Assembly (NCBI RefSeq): GCF_018977255.1
Contig: NW_024704742.1
Location: forward strand, 25,112,001-25,176,000
Length of the DNA stretch: 64,000 nucleotides
From: Callorhinchus milii
Taxonomy: Eukaryota
Reading direction: 5' to 3'
The notes beneath the pieces are model-generated. The model had not been told where the DNA came from. It ran no database searches and saw only the letters and a list, made by a program, of their open reading frames with translations. Every line of letters starts with the position of its first letter. The first letter of the stretch is position 1. Positions 1 to 12,448 of this stretch are shown piece after piece. The position numbers were made by a program, and so were the translations under genes.

Positions 1-67
1 ACTCGTTTTAGAAACAGCACAATACTGTAATTGCAAGAGATTTGAGACAGCATTCAAAACTTCTCTT

Positions 68-440
68 GGAGATTTCTGTAGCTCAGTGGTTAGATCACTC
101 GCCTTGCAGGCGAGAGACCAGGGTTTGATTCCCGGCAGGGCGAAATCTTGGGCAAGTTTCTTTATTCCACACACCTTTTTTACCTAGCAGTAAGTAGGAA
201 CCTGGTTGTTAGTTGATTGGAGGATTGCCTTTTCAGGGTAATAATCCTTCAAAAAAAATAATAAATTGGTCACTTCAATCCACAACTGTTTGTGGGATAC
301 TGCTGTGCACAATTGGCTGCCGCGTTTTGCCCCCAAAATATAGTCAATTCACTTTCCAGTATATTCTGTGAAGCTCTTTGAGACGTTTCATTGACGTGAT
401 AAGGCCCTATATCAAATGCAAGGATTATTATTATTATTAT
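68..440 (+). mobile_element. Full-length tRNA-derived SINE with L2-type 3' tail ending in (TTA)n
   Basis: tRNA-like head (TAGCTCAGTGGTTAGA ... GGTTTGATTCCC) and tail TGTGAAGCTCTTTGAGACG...TATATCAAATGCAAGGATTATTATT; many similar copies in the window. Confidence 0.85.
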
Positions 441-1696
441 TTCATGAGGTACAAAGCTGCTGTGGTGTGAGGCATGTAGAGGGGGAAGTGACACATTTCC
501 TCACGGAAGAAAGAGTAGATGCAAACTTCCAAATGGCCAGTTCGAAAGAATCATTGGTAGAGACTGGGAAAGTATTGCCGTACTCCGACACACTATCCTG
601 GACGAGGGTAAATTTTCACTAAATGCAAATTGTCATTGTCGTTGTCAGTAACATTGGGGAACTCTTAACACGCAGAAAGAACAAGAATACTCTTTGCTCC
701 CTATCATGCTTCTATTCACAGCTAAAAGTAAAGCGAAAGTAAATATCCACCAAGAGAAGAAGGAATAGCTGGGAATGCAGGCCATTCCTATGTTGTTATA
801 TTGCACAAGATAAAACATGTAATTGAGAGAGAGGAGAGCTGCCTTAGTGGTGATGAAAAAGATCAAATGCTCTTTATGTATACGGTGTATGGTTTCTTTT
901 GGAGAAAAAGTAATGCTAGTGGAATTTTTTTTCATATGGATTAACATTTAACATAAATCTGGATGTTAGCAGCTCTGAATTTCTCTTTTTCATTTTTTTT
1001 TTGCATTTGCTACAGCTTCTTTGACACTGGGAGGATGTCTCAAAGCGTTTCACAGGATTTGCTGTAAAGTGCAGTGACTGTGGGCAAATGCAGCAGCCAA
1101 TTTGCATATGCAGCAAAAGTCCCACAAACAGCCGGGAAGTGAATGGCCAATTCACTCTGCGGGATTGTCAGCAAGGATAATGGGAGTGACTTCTTTTTTG
1201 TGCGGGAACATGAGGGAAGTTCAGAACATTCCCCAATGGGGACAGACAGGATTGTGACCTTGCGTACAGGGCAACACCCAAGAACGGAGATACTCTTGAT
1301 ACTAACTCTATCATAATATTAGCTGCAAGGCAGCAAAGGTTAATTAAGCTCTGCATTGCTTAAACAACTTCAACAAACAAATGATTTTCCATGCGAATAT
1401 TCTGGCTGTGATGAGTAAGTAATACACAGCATGTAATATTCAAATCACTCATTTCACAACAATTCATTGGTGCTTTGGCTGCAAATCATCTTTTGAAGAA
1501 GAGCAACGTTAGGACTCCAGCCTTTCTTTTGATGGAGCAATCTCCTGGGGAAATAAGTCTCACTAGAGCGAAACACGATTTTAAGAAGAACAAACAATTG
1601 AGAGGGAACAGGATTAAACTGAAATGAGGAAACTTAACAGAAGGCTTATGGCCAGCTTCTCAAGCTGTGCTCTCCCCCACTCCCCCACATTTGATC

Positions 1697-2845
1697 ATAA
1701 GACGTAGGAGCAGAAGTAGGTCATTCGGCCCCTCGAGCCTGCCCCACCATTTAATAAGATAATGGCTGATCTTCTAACCTAATTCCATTTACCTGCCCTA
1801 TCCCCATAACCCTTAATCCCTCCATCCTTTAGAAATCTATCAATCTCAGTCTTGAATATGTTCAATGAATGAGCATCCACAGCCTTCTGGGGTAGAGGAT
1901 TCCACAAATTCACTACCCTCTGAGCGAAGAAATGTTTCCTCAACTCAGTTCGAAAAGGCTGACCCTTAATCTTGAGACTATGACCCCTAGTTTTAGATTC
2001 TCCAACCAGGGGAAACAGTCTCATGGCATCTACCCTGTCAAGACCCTTAAGAATCTTATAGGTTTCTATAAGATCACCTCTAATTCTTCTATATTCTAGA
2101 GAATATAGGCCTAGTTTACTCAACCTATCCTCATAGGTCAACTACCTCATCCCAGGAACCAACCTAGTGAATCTACGCTGCACTCTCTCTAAGGCGTGTA
2201 TGTCCTTTCTTAAATAAGGAGACCAAAACTGCACACAATATTCTAGGTGCGGTCTCACTAAGGCCTTATACAACTACAGTGAGACTTCCCTACTCTTGTA
2301 CTCTTTTGCAACGAACACCATCATGGCATTAGCCTTCCTAGTTGCTTGCTGTATCTGCATATTAACTTTTTGTGACTGGTGTACAAGGACACCCAAATCC
2401 CTCTGAAGACTAACACTACCTAGTCTCTCCCCCTCTAGAAAATAATCTGCTTTTCTATTTTTACTACCTAGGTGAATAACTTCACACTACTCCACATTAT
2501 ACTTCATCTGCCACCTTCTTGCCCACTCACCTAGCCTGTCTATTTCCCTTTGCATACTTTGTGTGTCATCCTCACAGCTTACTCTCCCACCTAGTTTCGT
2601 ATCGCCTGCGAATTTAGATAAGTTAAGTTCTATTTCCTCATCTAAATCATTGATATAGACTGTAAATAGTTGAGGCCCAAGCACTGATCCTGTGCCACTC
2701 CACTAGTCACATCCTGCCAATCTGAGAAAGACCCGTTCACCCCTACTCTTTTTCTTCCTGTTAGCCACTCTCTAATCCCTGCTAATATATTACCTTTAAT
2801 TCCGTGGTTTCTAATCTTATGCAACAGCCTTTTATATGGCACCTT
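1697..2845 (-). mobile_element. 5'-truncated, frameshifted CR1-clade LINE (RT C-terminus plus 3' UTR)
   Basis: ORF pieces 2642-2842, 2487-2684 (LGPQLFTVYINDLDE..KFAGDTKLGG) and 1779-2141 (YEDRLSKLGLYSLEYRRIRGDLIETYKIL) are typical CR1 ORF2 motifs. Confidence 0.9.
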
Positions 2846-3226
2846 GCTAATTTGCTAATTTACAATACTATAATCTGAGGATTCTTTCGTTACCAGAAGC
2901 CAAGAGTCTGGGCGAGCCCTGGGCAGTGAATCAGGCAGTGAATCAGGGTGTGAGTCAGGCAGTTTCTCAACTGCTTTTCATTCTGGCACAAACAGAGAAC
3001 AAACCCAGAAGTTAGCAGCATCGGTGTGGCTAACCTGGGGGTTTCTGTGTGTTAGGCACACACACACAGACATCAATGTCACACATATATCTATATACAG
3101 TATAATGGTGTGAGTGATTATGAACAAGTATTTGTGATAAATGCAATAAGTATTATTAAATGGAATGATTATCATTTACAAGTCTGTGTACGTATTTGTT
3201 GTGTGCATAGTATTCAGGCTGGAAGC

Positions 3227-3227
<1 letters not shown>

Positions 3228-3257
<30 letters not shown>

Positions 3258-6200
3258 ACCTAGACCTATACTGTGTGTGCATGAATATTTGTATGCAATA
3301 TATACACATTTGTACATGCATATGTAATTATATATATGTGTGTATAGATGTTTGTGTGTGTGTATATGTGTATATCTGTGTGTGAGAGAGTATATGTATG
3401 TGTGTGAGGTGTGTGAGTATATGTGTGTGTGGGTGAGTATATGTGAGTATCTGTGTGTGTGTGAGTATATGTGAGTATCTGTGTGTGTGTGTTTGTATCT
3501 GTGTGTGTATCTGTGTGTATGTGATTAATGGGGAATGCATCTATATGTAACTGTGTACGGTCTGCGCGTAACTGTGTACGGTCTGAGCGTAACTGTGTAC
3601 GGTCTGCGCGTAACTGTGTACGGTCTGCGCGTAACTGTGTACAGTCTGCGCGTAACTGTGTACGGTCTGCGCGTAACTGTGTACGGTCTGCGCGTAACTG
3701 TGTGCAGTCTGTGTGCGTGCATAACTGTGTACAGTCTCTGTGTGTGCGTAACTGCGTACAGTGTGTGTGTAACTGTGTACAATCTGTGTGTGTGTGTAAC
3801 TGTGTACAGTCTGTGTGTGTGTACATTTGTGTGTAATTGTGTACAGTCTGTGTGTGTACCTGTAGGTGTAACTGTGTACAGTCCATGTGTGTGTGTAGTC
3901 TGTGTGTGTGTATTCTGTGCGTGTGTGTGGGTACAGTCTCTGTGCGTGTGTGTAACTGTGTAGTCTGTGCGTGTAACTGTACAGTGCGTGTGTGTACAGT
4001 CCGTGTGTGTGTGTACAGTGCGTGTGTGTGTGTGTACAGTGTGTGTGTGTGTGTGTCCAGTGCGCGTGTGTGTACAGTGCGCGTGTGTGTACAGTGCGCG
4101 TGTGTGTACAGTGCGTGTGTGTGTACAGTCTGCGTGTATATGTGTATGCAGTCTGCGTGTATGGGTAACTGTGTGTGTGTGGGCACAGTCTCTATGTGTG
4201 TACAGTCTGTGAGTGTGTGTGTCTACAGTCTGTGTGTGGGTACAGTCTGTGTGTGGGTACAGTCTGTGTGTGTGTACAGTCTGTGTGTATGTTGGTGTAC
4301 TGGATATGTATGGTGTGTGTGTATAGTCTCTGTGTGTGTGTAACTGTGTGTGTGTGTACCTGTGTGTGTGTTCAGTCTGTGTGTGTGTATGGTGTATAAC
4401 TGTGTGTGTATGCTGTGTGTGTAACTGTGTGTGTGTGTGTGTGTGTATGGTGTTTGTGCAACTGTGTGTGTATGGTGTGTGTGTAACTGTGTGTATGGTA
4501 TGCATGGGGTGGGTGTGTTTGTGTGATGTGTGTATGGTGTGTGTGTGTGTACAGGGTGTGTATGTTGTGTACAGTCTGTGTGTACAGTCTGCATCTGTGT
4601 GTACAGGGTGTGTATGGTGTGTGTGTACAGGGTGTGTACAGTATGTGTGTGTATATGTGTACAGGCGTGTATGGTGGGTATCTGTGGGTGTAGTGTGTAT
4701 GGTATGTGTGTGTGTGTAGAGAGTGTGTAATGGTGTTTGTGTGGTGTGGATGGTGTGTGTGTGGTTTGCATGGTGTGTGTGTGTGGTTTGCATGGTGTGT
4801 GTATGATATATGGTGTGTGTATGATATGTGGTGTGTGTATGGTGCGTGTGTGTGTGTGGGTGTGGTGTGTGTGTATGTACAGGGTGGGTGTGTGTGTATA
4901 CAGGGTGTGTATGGTGTATGTTTATGGTGTATGGTGTGTGTGTATGGTGTGCGTGTGGATGGTGTGTGTGTAAGGGTGTGGATGGTGTATGGTGTGTGTG
5001 TGTGTATGGTGTGTGTGTGTATGGTGTGCGTGTACAGGGTGTGTATGGGTGCATGTACAGGGTGTGTATGGGGTGTGTACAGGGTGTGAATGTAAGGTGT
5101 GTGTTCAGGGTGTGTATGGTGTGTGTAGGGGTGTGTATGGTGTGTGTAGGGGTGTGTATGGTGTGTGTAGGGGTGCGTATGGTGTGTGTAGGGGTGCGTA
5201 TGGTGTGTGTAGGGGTGTGTATGGTGTGTGTATGATGTGTGTAGGGGTATGTATGGTGTGTGTATATGGGGTGTGTGTATGGTGTGTGTGGGGGTGTATA
5301 TGGAGTGTATGGGGTGTGTGGGGGGGTATATGGGGTGTGGGGGGTGTATATGGGGTGTGTATGGAGTGTGTATGAGGTGTGTGGGGGTGTATATGGAGTG
5401 TATGGGGTGTGTGGGGTGTATGGGGTGTGGGGGTGTATGGGGTGTGTGGGGTGTGTGGGGTGTATGGGGTGTGTGGGGTGTGTGGAGTGTGTGGGGTGTG
5501 TGGGAGTGTATATGGAGTGTATATGGAGTGTATATGGAGTGTATATGGAGTGTGTGGAGTGTATGGAGTGTGTATGGGGTGTATGGGGGTGTGTGTGGGG
5601 GTGTTTATGGAGTGTATATGGAGTGTATATGGGGTGTGTGGGGTGTGTGGGGGGTGTATGGGGTGTGTGGGGGTGTGTATGAGGGGTGTATGGAGTGTAT
5701 GGGGTGTGTGGGGGTGTGTATGGAGTGTGTGGGAGTGTATATGGAGTGTGTGGGAGTGTATATGGAGTGTGTGGGAGTGTATATGGAGTGTATATGGAGT
5801 GTGTGGAGTGTATGGAGTGTGTATGGGGTGTATGGGGGTGTGTGTGGGGTGTGTATGGAGTGTGTGGAGTGTATGGAGTGTGTGGAGTGTATGGGGTGTG
5901 TGTGGGGGTGTGTGTGGGGTGTGTGGGGGTGTGTGGGGGTGTGTGGGGGTGTGTGGGGGTGTGGGGGTGTGTGGGGGTGTGTATGGAGTGTGTGGGAGTG
6001 TATATGGGGTGTGTGGAGTGTATGGAGTGTGTATGGGGTGTGTGGAGTGTATGGAGTGTGTATGGGGTGTATGCGGTGTATGGGTTGTGTGGGGGAGTGT
6101 ATGGGGTGTGTGGGGGTGTGTATGGAGTGTATATGGAGTGTGTGGAGTGTATGGAGTGTGTGTAGAGTGTATGGAGTGTGTATGGGGTGTATGGGGTGTG

Positions 6201-6840
6201 TGGGGGAGTGTATGGAGGGGGTGTGTGGGGGTGTGTATGGGGTGTGTGGGGGTGTGTGTGGGGTGTGTGGGGGTGTGTATGGAGTGTGTGGGAGTGTATA
6301 TGGAGTGTGTGGGAGTGTATATGGAGTGTATATGGAGTGTGTGGAGTGTATGGAGTGTATATGGGGTGTGTGTATGGAGTGTGGTGGGAGTGTGTATGGA
6401 GTGTGTGGGAGTGTATATGGAGTGTATATGGAGTGTGTGGAGTGTGTGGGAGTGTATATGGAGTGTGTGGGAGTGTATATGGAGTGTATATGGAGTGTGT
6501 GGAGTGTATGGAGTGTGTATGGGGTGTGTGGAGTGTATGGAGTGTGTATGGGGTGTGTGGGGGTGTGTGGGGGTGTGTATGGAGTGTGTGGGAGTGTATA
6601 TGGAGTGTGTGGAGTGTATGGAGTGTGTATGGGGTGTGTGGAGTGTATGGAGTGTGTATGGGGTGTGTGGGGGTGTGTGGGGGTGTGTATGGAGTGTGTG
6701 GAGTGTATGGAGTGTGTATGGGGTGTGTGGGGGAGTGTATGGGGTGTGGGGGGGTGTGTATGGAGTGTGTGGGAGTGTGTGTGGAGTGTGTGGGAGTGTA
6801 TATGGAGTGTATATGGGGTGTGTGTGGTGTATATGGGGTG
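3228..6840. repeat. ~3.6 kb compound low-complexity tract: (TA)n, (TG)n derivatives, TGTACAGTC, TATGGTGTG, GGGGTGTGT, TATGGAGTG
   Basis: Directly visible; source of the spurious H/T- and C/V/G-rich ORFs. Confidence 0.95.
3547..3710. repeat. 21-bp minisatellite GTAACTGTGTACGGTCTGCGC, about 8 copies
   Basis: Near-identical tandem units read directly. Confidence 0.9.
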
Positions 6841-6850
6841 GGTCACTCAC

Positions 6851-6940
6851 CCCCCGGGGCAGTGCTGGTGAGGCGCTGGAGCTCAGCAGTAGGTTTCTGG
6901 TGATCGGGAGCGACAGCCTCAGAGCTGCCCATCGGGCCAT
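6851..6940 (-). CDS. MCUB: Probable first coding exon of mitochondrial calcium uniporter regulatory subunit MCUb (MARWAALRLSLPITRNLLLSSSASPALPRG)
   Basis: ATG in GACATGG context, 90 nt, phase-0 donor GTGAGT; Arg/Leu/Ser-rich peptide with no acidic residues, like a mitochondrial presequence; CpG-rich surroundings; human MCUB follows SEC24B on the same strand. Gene identity rests on synteny, not on sequence identity. Confidence 0.6.
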
Positions 6941-7149
6941 GTCCTCTCCTCTCCTCTCCTCCTCCCCTCCCGGTGCCGCCGCCGCTCCGCACACACTTTC
7001 TTTCTTTATTTCCTTCTCTCTCTCTCTCTTTCTCTCTCTCTGTGGCTAATCTGCAGAGGGTGAGGAGCGGCAGTTATTTCTCTGCTCTCTCTCTCTCCCC
7101 GACTGTGTCCACCGACTCTCAGCGCCGCTCTCACCCCCCAGTCTGAGAG

Positions 7150-8088
7150 GCTCTGTCTGTCTCTCTGTGTCTGTGTGTGTGTGTGTGTCTCTCTGTCTGT
7201 CTCTGTGTGTGTATCTTTGTCTGTGTCTGTGTCTCTGTCTCAGTGTCTGTGTCTCTCTGTCTCTGACTGTGTGTGTGTCTCTGTCTCAGTGTCTCTGTGT
7301 GTGTGTCTCTGTCTGTGTCTCTGTCTCAGTGTCTGTGTGTGTGTCTCTGTCTCAGTGTCTGTGTGTGTGTCTCTGTCTCAGTGTCTCTGTGTGTGTCTCT
7401 GTCTCAGTGTCTGTGTGTGTGTCTCTGTCTCAGTGTCTGTGTGTGTGTCTCTGTCTCAGTGTCTCTGTGTGTGTCTCTGTCTCAGTGTCTGTGTGTGTGT
7501 CTCTGTCTCAGTGTCTGTGTGTGTGTGTGTCTCTGTCTCAGTGTCTGTGTGTGTGTGTGTCTCTGTCTCAGTGTCTGTGTCTCTCTGTCTCTGTCTGTGT
7601 GTGTCTCTGTCTCAGTGGCTGTGTGTGTGTCTCTGTCTGTGTGTGTCAGTGGCTGTGTCTCTGTGTGTCTCTCTGTCTCAGTGTCTGTGTCTCTCTGTCT
7701 CTGTCTGTGTGTGTCAGTGGCTGCGTCTCTGTGTGTGTGTGTCAGTGGCTGCGTCTCTGTGTGTGTGTGTGTGTCAGTGGCTGTGTCTGTCTGTGTCTCT
7801 CTGTCTGTGTGTGTGTGTGTGTCTCTGTGTGTGTGTCTCTGTGTGTGTGTGTGTGTGTGTCTCTGTGTGTGTGTGTGTGTGTGTCTCTGTGTGTGTGTGT
7901 GTGTGTGTCTCTGTGTGTGTGTCTCTGTGTCTCTGTGTGTGTGTCTCTGTGTCTCTGTGTGTGTGTCTCTGTGTGTGTGTCTCTGTGTCTCTGTGTGTGT
8001 GTCTCTGTGTGTGTGTCTCTGTGTCTCTGTGTGTGTGTCTCTGTGTGTGTGTCTCTGTGTGTCTCTGTGTGTGTGTGTGTGTGTCTCT
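7150..8088. repeat. (TG)n/(TC)n compound microsatellite with CTCAGTGTCTG subunits
   Basis: Directly visible. Confidence 0.95.
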
Positions 8089-8169
8089 GGCGGCTCTGCT
8101 GATGAGTGAAGATTGCAATCCGCAAAAATAATAACCTCTTACAATTCTTTGCAACTAACAAACCATTAC

Positions 8170-8275
8170 CCCCTCCTCCTCCCCTCCCTCCCCTCCTCCC
8201 CCCCCTCCCTCCCTCCCCTCCTCCCCCCCCCCCTCCCTCCTCCCCCCCCCCTCCCTCCCTCCCTCCCCCCGCTCC
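8170..8275. repeat. C-rich polypyrimidine tract (G-rich on minus strand)
   Basis: Directly visible CCCTCC/CCCCC runs. Confidence 0.9.
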
Positions 8276-8679
8276 TGGCACCAAACCTGGACTTGATCTC
8301 CAGGTCCTCTAAACGTCTCCCTCTCCTCCCCTTACAAACCCGCAACATACACCCTCTCTCTCTCTCTCCCTCTCTCAAATCTTTGCAACTAAGCAAAACA
8401 TTACCCCTTCTTTCCTACCTTCTTTCTTTCCTCTCTCTCTCTCTCTCTCTCCTTCCCTCCCTCCCTCTCTCCTTGCAACCAGGAGCCTGGACAGATCTCT
8501 GCAGTTTGTTTATCTCTCCACTTTTTTGGGGGGTTTGGGGGGGGTTTTCAAGACACTTTAGTGCATTGAGAGCCTCCCCTCCTGACCTTTATTACCTCCT
8601 TCCCTCTCTCTCTCTCTCTGTGTGTGTGGTGTGTATCAGCTCCTGTGCTGTTTCCACTCTACACCACTAGAGGGAGCTG

Positions 8680-8750
8680 CAGAGCGTTGCCGCCCGACAC
8701 GTGTGATTTGAGGCTTCTTTTGGGCGGGATCTCGCCCAATTGGGCGTGTT
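8680..8750. promoter_or_regulatory. Candidate promoter motif cluster upstream of the putative MCUB exon 1
   Basis: E-box CACGTG, GC box GGGCGG and palindrome CGCCCAATTGGGCG (CCAAT on both strands) in a CpG-rich patch; motif evidence only. Confidence 0.3.
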
Positions 8751-8844
8751 TTTGTTTTGTTGTGGCATTAGGTGTGTGTGTGTGTGTGGGGGGGGGGGGT
8801 TTGGGGGGTAAACAGCATTGGGGACAGGGGTCTAATTTCTAATG

Positions 8845-9215
8845 AGTAATAATCCTGGCGTCTGACCCGGCGCCTTATTAGAGCTGTGCCCTCGCGACGT
8901 TCTCAAAGCGCTTCGCAGTCATACGCCGTCAGGTGAACAGGACTGTGTGTTTTGTGGGCGAAACGCGGCAGCCGTTTGCCCGCCGCAGTGACCCACAAAC
9001 GGTCGTGGATTGAAGTGACCAAATTATGATCCTTTCTGTTTCAAAAAAAAAAAGAGAGAATGAAGGGATTATTTACCCCCGAAAAAGCCATCCGCCAATC
9101 GACGAGCAACTGAGTTCCGAGCGTGGAGTAAGGAAACCTGCCTGACATTTTGTCCTGCTCGGGAATCGAACCAGCGTCCTCTCGCTTGTGAGCCAAGCGC
9201 TCTAACCAATATGCT
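8845..9215 (-). mobile_element. tRNA-derived SINE copy, unusually CpG-rich
   Basis: Colinear with the 68-440 family: tail at 8845-8910, head GGAATCGAACC...CTCTAACCA near 9160-9210. Confidence 0.75.
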
Positions 9216-10599
9216 CTCCAGGACTAAATAAAATCCTCAAAACAATCCCACCCCCCCCACCCCACTTTGAAGACATCTTACAGTTTAAAAAACACTGACC
9301 TATACTGTCCACTTTGCTGCCCCATAGGACACAATGCATAATATTGGGCTTACTTTTGGGCCAGTGTCTGGTTGGCTTTGGGTTACAAATGTATTTTAAA
9401 TTTCTGGCAACCCTGGTTTTGACCCTCGGATTTTTCATTTCAGAACAAAAAGATGAGGCCTCATTTCTTTCTTCCCCAATCCCTCAAAACACACTGTTAA
9501 AAGGGGATGATTCCTAAAATCAAAATTGGATCTGGGTGAAATTGCCACACAATTTTTAGAATTTAAAAAAATTGTTTTAGAAAATAAAGCGTCAGTAAAA
9601 TATGCGCGTTGTGCCGCTAGTAAATCAGCTCACACCTGTTCATTTGTCAGGCTATAACCAGTGCGTACCACACTTGACGCACTGTAATTATAGTCATTTT
9701 GTGTAAAAACCCTCCTCTTCGACCACGCCTTGGGTCAACCTGGTACAGTACAGTAGAAAGTACAGGTCTGTGTTAGGTTGTAGATCATCTACGAGAGGGA
9801 GCATAGAGGTTTAGACAGACATCAGATTTGAATTCATGAATTGCTGTGCGCTGCACCTGTTCCAGTTTAATGCCGAGATTGATTTATGAAAAATTAATCT
9901 CAGTTGAGAGGTTACTGAACAGCTGGGTATCTCACTGACAACAAGCAGATTAATGTCTCAGTAAACTCTTCAAGCGTTGCACTACAAAAACATAACGCAC
10001 AGAAATGGAGAAAACACCCAAAACCTATTTTTAAAAATGTACTGTGCCAAGTTTGCTGGCGATCTGTGCGCTAAAATACAGAACGCTTCGATTCTGCAAC
10101 CCTTTTCATGGGATGTTAATTGCATCTGTAATTTGTTCTGTACCTATGCATTTATTTGCACATGGTTTACACAACTTGCACAATACAGGTGTACATGTTT
10201 CGTCCACCAAATACATAGTAACTACACTTTACAGTCTATCCTGTTAAGCGCTTTGAGACGTCTTGACAACGTAATAAGGCACTATATCAAATGTAAGGAT
10301 TATTATCATTTTTCACGCACGGTTTACACATAACACGTGATCACACACACATACATAAATCATTCACATATGATTTACAGATAATAGATAGATGTGTCCA
10401 GGCACGATTCACACAATAAGACATATTTACACATGGTTTACACATAATAGTCCCCAAAAGGCAGCATTTCTGAAGTATTGGTCAAGATCTACAAATCACA
10501 CATTAATAAACCTTTGAGAGGTTTTGATAGGAGTTGTTGCTGAACTCAAAATTAAGCAAGTGCATTTTTTGAAAAGGCATAAAAGAATTTGCAATTTTA

Positions 10600-12448
10600 T
10601 AACACTTTCTTCTGACTCTCACTGCGAGAAAATGTTGGACTTCGAGTCCAAAATCGAGGGAATCCGCTCAGCTGCCACTGCCCTCCCAACTTCCAACCCC
10701 TCCCTACCCCCACCCCACACAACTACCCATCCGACAATTACCCATCCCTCCTTTTACACCTTTGAACCTGTCATCCCCTCCTCTATCCTCAACACCGTAA
10801 CCTCCATGAAGTCCACCATCTGCTCCCTCGACCCATCCCTACCCCTCTCCTTAAATCCCAGCTCCACCTCCTTGCCCCACTACTCGCCGACATCATTAAC
10901 CTCTCCCTGTCACCTGGCACTGTTCCTTCCCCCCTCAAAACAGCCACTATCACCTCCACCTTCAAGAAACCTTCCCTCAACCTGTCACAGCTATCTAGCT
11001 ACCGGCCCATCTCAAATCTCCCCTTCCTATCCAAGGTCCTTGAGAGAGCCATTGCCTCCCAGCTTCACTCTTTCCTCTCTTCTCACTCCCTCCATGAACC
11101 CTTCCAAACCGGGTTTCCTTGCTGCCCACAACACGGTCAAGGTCTGCTCTGATCAAGGTCATAAACGACATCCTGACTATGTGTGACCAGGGCTCCCTCT
11201 GCCTCCTCGACCTCTCCGCCGCCTTTTACACTGTGGACCACTCAATCCTCCACTACCGCCTCTCCTCCTACCTCAATCTTCAAGGTTCTATCCTTGACTG
11301 GTTCAGGTCCTACCTTTCACATCACTTCCACGTTGTCGCGGCAAATGGCTTCTCTTCCAGTCCCCGCACTGTCTGGTGTGGTATTCCTCAGGGCTCTGTC
11401 CTCGGTCCCCTCCTCTTCACCCTCTACATGCTCCCCCTTGGTGACATCATCCGCAGACATGGGGTAAATTTCCACATGTATGCGGATGACACCCAACTCT
11501 ACCTCTCTGCCTCCACCCTCAACTCCAGGACTACTGAGGTCCTGATCGACTGCCTGTCCGACATCAAGTCCTGGACGAGGGACAACTTTCTCCAACTCAA
11601 CGTCAGCAAGACTGAGGCCCTCTTGATTGGCTCATGCCAGCGCCTCCACATCTCAGACACTGGCAGCATCAGCCTCCACGGCTGCACACTCAACCTCACT
11701 AAGCCAGTCAGGAACCTGGGTATCTTGTTTGACCCTGAACTGTCCTTTCTCCCCACATCCGTGCCATGACCGGCACTGCCTACCACCACCTCCGCAATAT
11801 TGCCAGACTCCGCCACTGCCTCACCCCTCAGGCTGCCGAAACCCTCACCCACGCATTCGTCACATCAAGGCTCGATTACGGGAACTCCCTCCTCATCGGC
11901 CTTCCCAACTCTTCCCTTCACAAGCTGCAGATCATCCAAAACTCTGCAACTCGTGTACTCTCACACACCAGGCTCCGTAACCCCATCACTCCCACCCTCG
12001 CCCGACTCCACTGGCTCCCCATCCCCCAGAGGATCGAGTTCAAGATCCTCGTCCTCACCTTTAAGGCCATCCAGGGCCTTGCCCCCTCCTACCTCTCTGA
12101 CCTGCTGACTCCCTACCAACCTGCCCGTTCCCTCTGTTCATCAGGCTCCGGCCTGTTCCATGTCTCCCGCCCGACCCGCCCTACCATCGATGGCCGGGCT
12201 TTCAGCCTCTCTGCCCCCACACTCTGGAACTCCATTCCACGGTCCCTTCGCCTCACTTCCTCCCTTCCCTCCTTCAAGACCCTTCTCTTCGACCGTCCCT
12301 TTGGTCTGCATCCCACCTCTCTGCCCTCCCTCACCCTACACCACCTCTGCCCCATGCTCGGGCCCCGACACCTGACTGTTCAGCGCTTTGGGACATCCTC
12401 CCGACGTGAAAGGCGCTCTATAAATGTAATTTTGTTGTTGTTGTTGAT
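10600..12448 (+). mobile_element. 5'-truncated, frameshifted L2-clade LINE (RT domain and 3' end)
   Basis: LLDLSAAFYTVDHSIL, GIPQGSVLGPLLF, YADDTQLY, HAFVTSRLDYGNSLL, LHWLPI motifs split across frames; ends with (TTG)n. Confidence 0.92.

Noticed and set aside
68..145. tRNA-like sequences here and near 32500-32571, 32922-32995, 40655-40726, 51239-51310
   Set aside because: They are SINE heads continuing into a shared body and tail, not stand-alone tRNA genes
441..3227. Search for MCUB exon 2
   Set aside because: No segment with convincing splice sites and MCU-family similarity found; it probably lies left of the window
3110..8670. Many long ORFs up to 629 aa (HT-, CV-, GVY- and proline-rich)
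   Set aside because: Stop-free translations of TG/CA/C-rich simple repeats, open in several frames; only 6851-6940 has exon signals
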